This document shows, in pieces, positions 1 to 9,830 of a DNA stretch of 64,000 nt. Source of the stretch: an uncultured Prochlorococcus sp. (GTDB taxonomy: Bacteria > Cyanobacteriota > Cyanobacteriia > PCC-6307 > Cyanobiaceae). The notes beneath the pieces are model-generated. The model was not told the origin of the DNA. It ran no database searches and was given only the letters and a program-made list of their open reading frames with translations. Position numbers and translations under genes: made by a program. The DNA lies in NCBI GenBank assembly GCA_902627335.1, contig CACOIV010000002.1:15895-79894 (forward strand), read 5' to 3'. Each line of letters opens with the position of its first letter. The stretch's first letter is position 1.

Positions 1-967
1 CTTCACCAAGTAATATACAGCTGGGATATTTCCAGGTAATAGCCGATCCAGTTTCAACTTGAGACCAACTTATTTTACTTCTTTTGCCAATACATTTTCC
101 TCTTTTAGTGACAAAATTGAAGATCCCTCCAACACCTTGTTCATTGCCCGCATACCAGTTCTGAACAGTAGAATATTTTATGGAGGCGTCGTCAAGTGCA
201 ATTAATTCAACAACTGCGGCATGAAGTGTATTCGTATCAAACATTGGTGCTGTGCAGCCTTCTAGGTAACTGACAGAGCTTGCTTCTTCTGCGATTATTA
301 GTGTTCTTTCAAATTGGCCTGAATCTCCACTATTAATTCGAAAGTAGGAAGATAAATCCATTGGACAAGTAACATTTTTTGGTATGTAAACAAATGATCC
401 ATCACTAAATACTGCAGAATTTAAAGCTGCAAAATAATTATCTGAAGCTGGTATGACGGAACCTAAATACTTTTCTATTAAGTCAGAATGGTCTTTGATA
501 GCTTCGCTTATAGAGCAAAATATAACCCCATGCTCTGCAAGTTGCTCCTTGAAGGTTGTCGCTATTGAAACACTATCGAAAACTGCATCAACTGCAACAT
601 TTGTAAGTCTCTTTTGTTCTGTTAAAGGTATACCTAGTTTGTCAAAAGTTTCTAATAATTTTGGATCAACTTCATCTAAACTAGTAATTTTTTCTTGTTG
701 TTTGGGAGCTGAGTAATAAATTATATCTTGATAATCAATAGCTTCATAACCTAAATCTGCCCAATCTGGCTCTTCCATTGCTTGCCATTTTTTAAAGGCG
801 TTTAATCTAAAATTTAGTAAGTACTCAGGCTCGTTTTTTTTTGATGAAATCAAACGGATGATATCCTCATTTATTCCCTTTGAGATTTTTTCACTTTCTA
901 TTTCGGTGACGAAACCATATTTGTAAGGTTCAGATACGATATTATCAACTAAGTTGTCGTTTACCAT
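1..967 (-). CDS. sufB: Fe-S cluster assembly protein SufB (5' part, runs off window)
   Basis: Manual minus-strand translation from ATG at 967: [24 protein letters not shown]...YYSAPK...[10 protein letters not shown]...[14 protein letters not shown], typical SufB motifs. Confidence 0.95.
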   Translation of the reverse strand, partial: MVNDNLVDNIVSEPYKYGFVTEIESEKISKGINEDIIRLISSKKNEPEYLLNFRLNAFKKWQAMEEPDWADLGYEAIDYQDIIYYSAPKQQEKITSLDEVDPKLLETFDKLGIPLTEQKRLTNVAVDAVFDSVSIATTFKEQLAEHGVIFCSISEAIKDHSDLIEKYLGSVIPASDNYFAALNSAVFSDGSFVYIPKNVTCPMDLSSYFRINSGDSGQFERTLIIAEEASSVSYLEGCTAPMFDTNTLHAAVVELIALDDASIKYSTVQNWYAGNEQGVGGIFNFVTKRGKCIGKRSKISWSQVETGSAITWKYPSCILLGE

Positions 968-1064
968 AGTTTGCGAAGGAATTTATTTCGATTGGTCTTC
1001 ATTTATACTTTAACTAAAGATATACAAAATTTTGAACTTTTTTAAATCCCTTTAAATTAATTTA

Positions 1065-1421
1065 ATGTCTGAGCAATTTAATTCTTCTAGTAGTCCAATT
1101 GAAAAGGAAGTTGTTGAGCAGATTGAGCAACTTAATCTCTCAACTATTCAGAAGCTTCACCTTAAATTACTTTCTCATTGCTTAGGAATTTTTAGAGTAA
1201 TTTCTACTCAAAGTAAGGTTGATTTTCCTACTGAAAAGCTTTTGCTAGAATGGTGCGTAAAAGAATCACAAAAATTAGAAGACAAGGAATTTTCTACGTT
1301 GTTGTATAAACAAATGAATGCCGCAGGGCAAAAAATATTAGATTATTCACAAAAGATCAAGAAACGACCGCTTGAATTAACGCTTGAAGACCTTATTAAG
1401 CTAACTTCTGCAGAAGCTTAA
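1065..1421 (+). CDS. conserved hypothetical protein
   Basis: 118-aa ORF divergent from sufB, fills the gap. Confidence 0.7.
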   Translation: MSEQFNSSSSPIEKEVVEQIEQLNLSTIQKLHLKLLSHCLGIFRVISTQSKVDFPTEKLLLEWCVKESQKLEDKEFSTLLYKQMNAAGQKILDYSQKIKKRPLELTLEDLIKLTSAEA

Positions 1422-1611
1422 ATAAAAATAAAAAACATGATCCCGAAGAAAAAATATACTTATTTAAAAGTCTGGTTTTTGTGGTAATAAAATTTAAAAT
1501 TGAAAAAAATATCTTCGATATCTAGATTTTTAGAAATTCTTTTAAAAACAAGTCATAGCATGTGTTTATATGGAAATGATATCTTTTGCGAATATGAAAA
1601 TTAGTCAGTAG

Positions 1612-2793
1612 ATGCTGACGACAGAGCAAAATATCACGCAGTTAGGCAAAAAAAAGAACATACTGATCCCAAACAAAAACGGAGATTTTAAAGTGGTTGA
1701 AGGGATCAAAAATAAGGAAGAATTAACCCGCCTCACCCTTAGACAATTACGTCAAATAGCAAGTAAATTATCAGTACCTTTATATAGTCGTAAAACTAAA
1801 GCGGTCTTAATAGACTTAATCATTACTTATCAAAATAAAAATTTTGTTGGAGATAAAGAAAATCAAGAAAACAACTCGAAGGCTGAAAGAAATGTAGATA
1901 GTACAAAACAAGTTTTAGTAGAAACCCCAACAAATCTTGTTTTTCTTCCTAGAGATCCTGAATGGGCATATGTTTTTTGGCAAATATCTGAAACAGATAG
2001 AAATAAGGCTCAATCATTAGGTGCTAATAAGCTTTGTTTGAGGCTGTATGATGTAACTGGTTCACATGAAGGTCAATTTAATCAAGGGACTTTACGTGAA
2101 ATTGCGGTTGATAGTTTTAGCACAGAATGGTATTTGCCAATCCCAGTGCCTGATAGAGATTATAAAGTTGAATTGGGTTATCGATATGGTTTTAATTGGA
2201 TGTCTTTAGCCTTTTCATCTGCTAGCCATGTTCCAAATGCACAGCCATCAGAGCAGATTCTAGATAAATTTGTACCATTCAACTTAGATTCACCTGCTGA
2301 AACTAATGCAGCTATTATCACTTCTAATGAAAGTGAGGCGAGTGGTTTACACGAGAGGCTTTATCATGCAGCGACTACTTTTTCTAAGCGTAGTAGGGTC
2401 GGTTCTGAAGAATTTATGGAGAACGATTCGAATGCTGATTTAAAAGGAATTAATAATGACTCTGGTGCTGGCATATGGTCTTCAGGTGCAAATGAGTCTG
2501 GGGCAGGCTTATCTAATAGATCTTTTTGGCTTGTTGCAGATGCCGAACTAATTGTTTATGGTGCAACTGATCCAACAGCAAATCTAACTATTGGAGGTGA
2601 AAAAGTACCTTTAGCTTCTGACGGTACTTTTCGATTGCAGGTGCCATTTAGAGATGGTTCTCAGAATTATGATATTAAAGCAGTTGATGCAAGCGGTAAG
2701 CAAGAAAGATCTATTACCATGAAATTTGATAGAACTACTCCTCTAGATAATACAAATCAAAAGCAAAATATGGATAAGGAATGGTTTGAATAA
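1612..2793 (+). CDS. DUF4912 domain protein with Rho N-terminal-like helical domain
   Basis: LTLRQLRQIASKLSVPLYSRKTK (Rho_N-like), LPRDPEWAYVFW, FWLVADAELIVYGAT. Confidence 0.85.
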   Translation: MLTTEQNITQLGKKKNILIPNKNGDFKVVEGIKNKEELTRLTLRQLRQIASKLSVPLYSRKTKAVLIDLIITYQNKNFVGDKENQENNSKAERNVDSTKQVLVETPTNLVFLPRDPEWAYVFWQISETDRNKAQSLGANKLCLRLYDVTGSHEGQFNQGTLREIAVDSFSTEWYLPIPVPDRDYKVELGYRYGFNWMSLAFSSASHVPNAQPSEQILDKFVPFNLDSPAETNAAIITSNESEASGLHERLYHAATTFSKRSRVGSEEFMENDSNADLKGINNDSGAGIWSSGANESGAGLSNRSFWLVADAELIVYGATDPTANLTIGGEKVPLASDGTFRLQVPFRDGSQNYDIKAVDASGKQERSITMKFDRTTPLDNTNQKQNMDKEWFE

Positions 2794-2796
2794 TAG

Positions 2797-2970
2797 ATGA
2801 TGCGTAAAAATTTTGTTGCTTTTACACCTTTATTTGGGGCTATTACTTTTCCATTAGTTGTACCCTTAACGATTTCTAAATTTGGAGTCAATTATGGAAT
2901 TATAATTGCTCTTTTAATTTCATCTTTATGGTTTATCGCTATGTTAAGAACCTCTGAAATGCCCCATTAA
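2797..2970 (+). CDS. small membrane protein (57 aa), not in ORF track
   Basis: MMRKNFVAFTPLFGAITFPLVVPLTISKFGVNYGIIIALLISSLWFIAMLRTSEMPH*; two hydrophobic segments, fills the gap exactly. Confidence 0.75.
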   Translation: MMRKNFVAFTPLFGAITFPLVVPLTISKFGVNYGIIIALLISSLWFIAMLRTSEMPH

Positions 2971-3004
2971 ATTAGTTATATTTTTTTAGTTATTGTTTTA
3001 AATC

Positions 3005-4642
3005 ATGTCTCATATTAAAGAAATTTATATTAATGAACCCTTTAAGAATCAAAAACCTGGAACTTCCGGTTTGAGAAAAAGCACAATTGAATTCCAACAA
3101 GATAATTATTTAGAAATTTTTATTGAATCGATACTGAGAACTTTAGATTTTAATCTAAACAATAGCTTAATAATTGGTGGAGATGGAAGATATGGAAATG
3201 AGGAAGCAATAATCAAAATTATTCAAATATGCATAGCACATAAAGTTAAAAAAATTATCATCCCTGTTAATGGAATTTTATCAACTCCAGCCGCATCAAA
3301 TCTGATAAGAAAAAAGAATGCTTTTGCGGGAATTATTTTGTCAGCTAGTCATAATCCAGGTGGGATAAATGGTGATTTTGGCGTCAAAGTTAATATTGCA
3401 AATGGTGGCCCAGCGCCTGAAAAATTCACTGATAAAGTCTTTAAATGTAGTCAGATGTTAACGAACTACAAATTTTATGATGCTAAAATTCCAGATTTTA
3501 ATAAAGTTGGATTTTTTAAAATTGAAGATACCAGTGTAGAAGTTATTGATGGTGTAGATGATTATGTAGATTTAATGGAACATATTTTTGACTTAGATCA
3601 AATTGCGGATTTTTTAAAAAGAGATTTTTCAATTGTTTTTGATGCAATGAATGCTGTAACTGGGCCATATGCAAAAAGAATTTTCATTGAAAAGATGGGT
3701 TTAACAAAAGATTGTATTTTAAATGGTTTGCCTTTGAAAGATTTTGGTAATTTACATCCTGATCCTAACCTTACTTATGCAAATCAATTAGCTGATTTAC
3801 TTCTAAATAAAGAATCATATTGTTTTGGAGCTGCTTGTGATGGGGATGGAGATAGAAATATGATTTTGGGAAAAGGTTGTTTTATAAATCCAAGTGATAG
3901 CCTAGCTGTATTGACTGCTAATACTAAATTTGTTCCGGGTTATAAAGATGGTATTTCTGGAGTTGCAAGATCGATGCCAACTAGCATGGCTGTTGATTCT
4001 GTTGCAAAAAAGATTAATATTCCTTGTTATGAAACCCCAACAGGTTGGAAATTTTTTGGAAATTTGCTTGATTCAAATATGATTACAATTTGCGGGGAGG
4101 AGAGTTTTGGTACTGGAAGTAACCATATTAGGGAAAAGGATGGTTTATGGGCTGTTCTATTTTGGTTGCAAATTTTGGCTTGTAGAAAATGTTCAGTAAG
4201 TGAATTAATTCATAATCATTGGAATCATTTCGGAAGAAACTACTATACAAGACATGATTATGAAGCAATACCAAAAGATGTAGCGACTCAAATATATCAA
4301 AATCTTGAGCATTTATTACCTCAATTAAAAAATAATAAATTTGCGAATAGTCTTGTTCTAAATGCCGATAACTTTACTTATTCCGATCCAGTAGATAATT
4401 CTATTAGCAAAAATCAAGGTCTTAGGATAATTCTTGAAAACAACTCAAGGATAATTTTACGTTTATCAGGAACTGGAACTAAGGGGTCTACACTTAGGAT
4501 TTATTTTGAAAAATTTAGTCAAACTAATGAGAACCTTACTTTGAATCCGCAGGTAGCTTTGTGCGAATTAATTAAAAGTTTAGACGACTTATTAAATATC
4601 TCTAAGCTTACAAAAATGGATCAACCAACTGTGATTACTTAA
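3005..4642 (+). CDS. pgm: phosphoglucomutase
   Basis: QKPGTSGLRK, SASHNPGG active-site Ser, DGDGDR metal loop, CGEESFG. Confidence 0.96.
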   Translation: MSHIKEIYINEPFKNQKPGTSGLRKSTIEFQQDNYLEIFIESILRTLDFNLNNSLIIGGDGRYGNEEAIIKIIQICIAHKVKKIIIPVNGILSTPAASNLIRKKNAFAGIILSASHNPGGINGDFGVKVNIANGGPAPEKFTDKVFKCSQMLTNYKFYDAKIPDFNKVGFFKIEDTSVEVIDGVDDYVDLMEHIFDLDQIADFLKRDFSIVFDAMNAVTGPYAKRIFIEKMGLTKDCILNGLPLKDFGNLHPDPNLTYANQLADLLLNKESYCFGAACDGDGDRNMILGKGCFINPSDSLAVLTANTKFVPGYKDGISGVARSMPTSMAVDSVAKKINIPCYETPTGWKFFGNLLDSNMITICGEESFGTGSNHIREKDGLWAVLFWLQILACRKCSVSELIHNHWNHFGRNYYTRHDYEAIPKDVATQIYQNLEHLLPQLKNNKFANSLVLNADNFTYSDPVDNSISKNQGLRIILENNSRIILRLSGTGTKGSTLRIYFEKFSQTNENLTLNPQVALCELIKSLDDLLNISKLTKMDQPTVIT

Positions 4643-4659
4643 TTTAAAAATATTTTTGT

Positions 4660-5925
4660 ATGCAATCTGAAAGCCTTTTTAATATAAACCACGATGAAAA
4701 TTTTCAGTCTCCTCTTGCGGATAGATTGAGACCTAAATCTTTACATGAATTTTATGGACAGCATAATATTCTTGATCAAAACTCTATATTACGTAATGCG
4801 ATTTTAAATGACAAATTAGGAAATACAATCTTTTCCGGCCCACCAGGCGTAGGCAAAACAACTTTGATTGAAATTATATCTGCTCATACTAGAGCAACAT
4901 TGATAAAATTAAATGCTGTTTTATCTGGCGTAAAAGAACTTAGAAATCAAATTTTACTGGCTGAAGAACGTTGGATCAAATCAAAGAGGAAAACTATATT
5001 ATTTATTGATGAAGTTCATAGATTTACTGCAATACAGCAAGATGCCTTATTACCTTCCATAGAAAATGGAACTATCATTTTTATTGGTGCAACAACTGAA
5101 AATCCTTCATATGCAGTAAATAAAGCACTTTTGAGTAGATCAAGAGTTTTTAAATTATTACCATTAAGCGAAAGTGATCTTAAAAAAATAATTGATAAGG
5201 TCATTAATTATTATTTAAATATTAAAGATCAAAAAATTGTCAATATTTCACAAGAAGCTCTAGACCATCTAATAAACTTTTCTAGCGGAGATGCTAGAAA
5301 TCTTATTAATGCTTTGGAGTTAGCTATTGATACCACTCCTGCGAATAAAGAAAAAATAATTAATATAAATCTCTCAGTAGCTCAAGATTCAATCCAAAAT
5401 AAGAATATTATTTATGATAAATATGGTCAAAATCATTTTGATATTATAAGTGCATTTATTAAATCGATAAGAGGTTCTGATCCTGATGCAACTCTTTATT
5501 GGCTTGCAAATATGATTGAAGCTGGGGAAGATCCAAAATATATTTTTCGCAGATTATATATCTCAGCAAGCGAAGATATTGGCTTAGCAGATCCTAATGC
5601 AATAGTTATTGTAAATTCTTGTTATGAGGCTTTTGAAAAAGTTGGATATCCTGAAGGTTCATATTTTTTGTCACATGCAGCACTCTTTTTAGCAAATTCT
5701 CCTAAGAGTGATAGTACTAAATATATATTTAATGCGATTGAAAAAGTAAGATCAAATAAATTATCGTTAGTACCTGATCATTTAAAGTACAATTCAAAAA
5801 CTTATAAAAATCCACATCGCTATCCCAGGAATGAGTTAGTACAAGAATATATGCCAAATAATCTTATTAACTATAAAATCTGGCATTCAAAAAAAAGTGA
5901 ATGGGATAATAAAAATACTAATTAA
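4660..5925 (+). CDS. rarA: replication-associated recombination AAA+ ATPase RarA/MgsA
   Basis: PLADRLRP, GPPGVGKT, LFIDEVHRF, ISAFIKSIRGSDPDA, SEDIGLAD. Confidence 0.93.
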   Translation: MQSESLFNINHDENFQSPLADRLRPKSLHEFYGQHNILDQNSILRNAILNDKLGNTIFSGPPGVGKTTLIEIISAHTRATLIKLNAVLSGVKELRNQILLAEERWIKSKRKTILFIDEVHRFTAIQQDALLPSIENGTIIFIGATTENPSYAVNKALLSRSRVFKLLPLSESDLKKIIDKVINYYLNIKDQKIVNISQEALDHLINFSSGDARNLINALELAIDTTPANKEKIININLSVAQDSIQNKNIIYDKYGQNHFDIISAFIKSIRGSDPDATLYWLANMIEAGEDPKYIFRRLYISASEDIGLADPNAIVIVNSCYEAFEKVGYPEGSYFLSHAALFLANSPKSDSTKYIFNAIEKVRSNKLSLVPDHLKYNSKTYKNPHRYPRNELVQEYMPNNLINYKIWHSKKSEWDNKNTN

Positions 5926-5932
5926 ATTTTAT

Positions 5933-6589
5933 TTAAATAATATGTCTGATATTATTGCAAATAATATTAATTGAAGAGTGTAGATCATTTTGAGAGGCTA
6001 TTGAAATTGTCCATTTTAAGAATGAAAATTGATTCAAATTAACTGTTAATTTTTTCTCTATATGAAACATATTTTTTTTGTAGTTTTTATACTTCCAAAA
6101 TTTAATATCATTTGATAATTTTCCTCTATCCCATTTGATAGCTGCTTCAATTGCACTCCATCGTTTTAAAATATCATATTTATTTAATTCAGAATTATTA
6201 ATAATTTTTTTATAAAAGTATTTTTGTGCAAGCCCTTTATAATTGAAATTTCTATCAGAGCATTCAATATCAATTCCAATTCTTTTTTTATTCCAGCAAA
6301 TAATACAAGAATCTTTACAATGACTCATGCTTACATATCCCATCCCACTAGGGAGAGATGGAGGTTTTCCTGGATTTGCACTTAAGGGGATTTCTAATGG
6401 ATTTAAATCAAAAAGTTTTGATAAGGCATCTCTAATATAAAATCTACTCTCTAAAAAAATCTTTGCTCTTGATGAAGATAATTTTGAGGCAATATTAATT
6501 TCTTGTGGACTTGAAACATGTGTTACGTTGCCCATCTTATACAACCAAATTTTTGGTAGTCTATTTGGATAGTCTTCAGTTATTTTCAA
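5933..6589 (-). CDS. 4'-phosphopantetheinyl transferase (Sfp/HetI type)
   Basis: GKP, SMSH, IGIDIE, WxxxEAAIK motifs. Confidence 0.88.
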   Translation of the reverse strand: MKITEDYPNRLPKIWLYKMGNVTHVSSPQEINIASKLSSSRAKIFLESRFYIRDALSKLFDLNPLEIPLSANPGKPPSLPSGMGYVSMSHCKDSCIICWNKKRIGIDIECSDRNFNYKGLAQKYFYKKIINNSELNKYDILKRWSAIEAAIKWDRGKLSNDIKFWKYKNYKKNMFHIEKKLTVNLNQFSFLKWTISIASQNDLHSSINIICNNIRHII

Positions 6590-7056
6590 TGGCTCTTAAA
6601 ATTGGTGATAAAGCACCTGAATTTACTTTAAAAGATTCTTTTGATAATGAAATCTCTTTAAGTGATTTTAAAGGTAAAAAAGTAATAATATATTTTTATC
6701 CGAAAGATAATACACCTGGTTGTACAAAAGAGGCATGCAACTTTAAAGAGAACTGGGATGTTTTTCAAAAAAATAACATTATAGTGCTTGGAATAAGTAA
6801 AGATAATTCTGCTTCTCATCAAAAATTTATGGAAAAATTTGATCTCCCATTTATTCTTTTGACTGATCCCGTACCATGTCAAGTTGCCGCTAAGTATGAT
6901 AGTTATGGATTAAAGAAATTCATGGGTAAAGAATATATGGGTATGATTAGGAATACATTTTTAATTGATTCGCAAGGTAATATTGAAAAAATTTATTTAA
7001 AAGTAAAAGCAGCTATTATGGCAGATCATTTAATTAATGACTTAAAATTATCCTAG
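6589..7056 (+). CDS. bcp: peroxiredoxin Q / bacterioferritin comigratory protein
   Basis: YFYPKDNTPGCTKEAC; start placed at ATG 6589 (MALKIGDKAPEF) rather than 6505. Confidence 0.93.
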   Translation: MALKIGDKAPEFTLKDSFDNEISLSDFKGKKVIIYFYPKDNTPGCTKEACNFKENWDVFQKNNIIVLGISKDNSASHQKFMEKFDLPFILLTDPVPCQVAAKYDSYGLKKFMGKEYMGMIRNTFLIDSQGNIEKIYLKVKAAIMADHLINDLKLS

Positions 7057-7078
7057 AACTTTATTAAATTAAATTTAT

Positions 7079-7786
7079 TTATTTTCTTGAAAATATCATT
7101 CCATACATAACTAAATTAGGTTCGATTATGATATTTTTGATTTCTTTTCTTATTGTTTCTCCAATAAATTTGGAATCACCCCCACAAAGAATTAATACAT
7201 CTTGTTTTGGATTAAATGATAATTTAATAGCTCCAAATATTGAATTGTAAACTCCTCTCAACATTGCTTTATTTGTCTTTGTTTCAAAGTTATTACTAGG
7301 AATAAATATATTTTCAGGATATTTAAGATTTTTAGTTTTTTCATCCATTGACTTTAATTGCGTATTAAAACCAGGTAACAATTGACCTCCTATTAAATTT
7401 CCCTTATTATCAATCTTTGTGATTGATACCGTTGTCCCTAAATCTACTATTAAGATGTTTTTTTTATATTTATTTTCGATTAATTTATGAGCGGCAAAAC
7501 AAGCTAATGCCCTATCAATGCCTATATGATCAGGCATGATCTTCAAAGTTAAGTTTTTAATACTTATTTCATTGTTTTTAAATAGTTTGCTTGATGGATA
7601 TTTCCCTACTGAGGCCCAAATTAATTGTTTTAAATGAATATTTTCAGGAAATCTTTGATCAAATAATGTATGAAAAAATTCGTATGAATTATCTTTCCTT
7701 AATGCCCAATGTAATCGAGAATTGCCGATTAGAAGGTAATCAAATTTCAGTTTATCAGAATCACTAAATTTGATAGTCATTAACAT
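7079..7786 (-). CDS. coaX: type III pantothenate kinase
   Basis: IGNSRLHW, GIDR, VDLGT, GGQLLPG, CGGD. Confidence 0.88.
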   Translation of the reverse strand: MLMTIKFSDSDKLKFDYLLIGNSRLHWALRKDNSYEFFHTLFDQRFPENIHLKQLIWASVGKYPSSKLFKNNEISIKNLTLKIMPDHIGIDRALACFAAHKLIENKYKKNILIVDLGTTVSITKIDNKGNLIGGQLLPGFNTQLKSMDEKTKNLKYPENIFIPSNNFETKTNKAMLRGVYNSIFGAIKLSFNPKQDVLILCGGDSKFIGETIRKEIKNIIIEPNLVMYGMIFSRK

Positions 7787-8495
7787 GAAGGCCGCATTCT
7801 TCTTTTATACCTCCAAAACGTGTGGCTCTACCTTTTGTGGTTTCTGTTTCAGCAGAGCTTGAGTGCCAATCGCCAATACTTGAGTAGCCCTTAGCAAATA
7901 GAGGATGTTGTGGGAGTTTATTTTCTTCCATATAATAAAAAATTTCTTTTTGAGTCCATCCTAAAATTGGCCGCAAAGAAAGTCGATCTCTTATAGATTC
8001 AATAAATTTCATCTTGCTCCGATTTTCACTTTGTTGTGATCTAACTCCACTTACCCAGCAACTTATTGAATATTCCTTTAGAGCCTCTTCTAAAGGTTCA
8101 ACTTTTCTTATTTGATGGTATTTATTAATATCTTCTTCATTGTTGCTCTCCCATAACTTTCCGTACATTGCCTCCATATAAGCAGGAGAAATTTTACTCT
8201 GCAGAATATCAATATTTAAAGATAATTGATTAATAAGCATATTTGCATATAAGTAAGTTTCTTTAGGGAGGTATCCGGTATCTATCCAAAATATTTTTAC
8301 TTTATTTTTTAAAGATGAACTTTGGATTAAATGCAATAAGACTGAAGATTGAATACCAAAACTTGTGGTAAAAGCAAGATTATTTCCAAATTTATCAAAG
8401 CCCCATTCAATGACCTCCTTAGCGCTTAAATTTACAAGCTCTCTATTTAGTTCTTTTAAATTATATTTTGTTTTATTTACAGTTTTGGTATCCAT
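7764..8495 (-). CDS. cysH: phosphoadenosine phosphosulfate reductase
   Basis: TTSFG, IDTGYL, RKVEPL, GYSSIGD, C-terminal ECGLH. Confidence 0.95.
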   Translation of the reverse strand: MDTKTVNKTKYNLKELNRELVNLSAKEVIEWGFDKFGNNLAFTTSFGIQSSVLLHLIQSSSLKNKVKIFWIDTGYLPKETYLYANMLINQLSLNIDILQSKISPAYMEAMYGKLWESNNEEDINKYHQIRKVEPLEEALKEYSISCWVSGVRSQQSENRSKMKFIESIRDRLSLRPILGWTQKEIFYYMEENKLPQHPLFAKGYSSIGDWHSSSAETETTKGRATRFGGIKEECGLHVNDYQI

Positions 8496-8591
8496 ATTCC
8501 AAGAGATTTTTTAATTTGTAGTTAATCACACTCGAATTGAAAAATATTCGTTTAATTTAATAATACATTCTTGTTTATTTATATTTCTTAA

Positions 8592-9773
8592 ATGAATAAT
8601 ATAAAAAAACTAATAGTAATAGTTGGAAGTGGTTTTGCAGGAATTAATGCTGCTATTCAATTAAGAAAGATTAATCCAAATTTATCAATACTTGTTATCG
8701 ATTCAAAGTCGCAATTTGAATTTAAACCTTTATTGTACGAAGTTTTAAGCGATGAGATTCAATCATGGGAAGTTATTCCAAGCTTTGATACTATTTTTGC
8801 TAATTCTGGAATAACTTTTTTACGAAATACTGTCAAATTAATTGATTTGGATGAAAAGTTTTTAATTTTACAAGATGACTTTAAAGTCGAGTTTCAGTAC
8901 TTAATTTTATCTACAGGTTCTACCCCAAATGATTTTTCAATAAAAGGCGTAAAAGAATATGCTTATTTTTTTAATACTAATAAAGATCAGCGGAAATTAA
9001 AAAATCGCTTGCAACAACAGTTATTAAAAAATAATTGTAAAAAAATTTTTATTATAGGAGCAGGTCCTTCCGGGGTTGAACTTGCATGTAAGATAAATGA
9101 TTTGTATAAAACAAAATTCGAGATTAATATTGTGGAGAGAACGGCTGAGATATTGAATAATAATAAAATTTTTAATAAAGAAGAGGCTCAAAAAACCATT
9201 GAAGCCAATAATATTAATTTGTTAATAAATTCTTCAGTTATTGAAATTGGAGATAAAGAAATTTTCATTACTAATGAATCCGATCAAGTAGATCAATTCC
9301 CATATTTTGCAATTATTTGGACAGCAGGTATAAAACCAAATTTACCAGAATTTGTTCAAAAAATTCAAAAAATTAATAATAGGATTTTAATAAATAATAG
9401 GCTTCAATTACCTTGCTATCCAAATGTTTTTGTACTTGGAGATATTTCTATTATTGAAGGAAAAAATAATTTGCCTGTTACAGCACAAGTCGCAATGCAA
9501 CAAGGAGTACATGTTTCTCATAATTTAAATTTGCTAATACAGAAAGAGAATCCAATACCTTTTAAATTTAAAGATAATGGAGAAATGATTAGTTTGGGTA
9601 TAGGTAAAGCTTCAATATCAGGACTTGGATTAACTTTGTCAGGTAAATTTGCGTTTGATCTAAGAAGAATCATTTACGCTTCTAAAATGCCAAAATTTGA
9701 TAAAAGTATTAAATCTGCGGCCTCATGGTTTTTAGGAAAGAAGTCAATTATTAGTAAATTTATCAATAGATAA
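8592..9773 (+). CDS. type 2 NADH dehydrogenase / FAD-dependent oxidoreductase
   Basis: GSGFAG, GAGPSGVELA, WTAG, TAQVAMQQG. Confidence 0.88.
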   Translation: MNNIKKLIVIVGSGFAGINAAIQLRKINPNLSILVIDSKSQFEFKPLLYEVLSDEIQSWEVIPSFDTIFANSGITFLRNTVKLIDLDEKFLILQDDFKVEFQYLILSTGSTPNDFSIKGVKEYAYFFNTNKDQRKLKNRLQQQLLKNNCKKIFIIGAGPSGVELACKINDLYKTKFEINIVERTAEILNNNKIFNKEEAQKTIEANNINLLINSSVIEIGDKEIFITNESDQVDQFPYFAIIWTAGIKPNLPEFVQKIQKINNRILINNRLQLPCYPNVFVLGDISIIEGKNNLPVTAQVAMQQGVHVSHNLNLLIQKENPIPFKFKDNGEMISLGIGKASISGLGLTLSGKFAFDLRRIIYASKMPKFDKSIKSAASWFLGKKSIISKFINR

Positions 9774-9830
9774 AAAACCTGTAAATTTTTTTTCTTACTT
9801 TAAAGCTATATTTAGTTAAATGCATTAAAT

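Noticed and set aside
453-716. 87-aa plus-strand ORF and similar shadow ORFs (e.g. 9860, 11793, 17244, 17460, 32854, 33433)
   Set aside because: Antisense to clearly identified core genes
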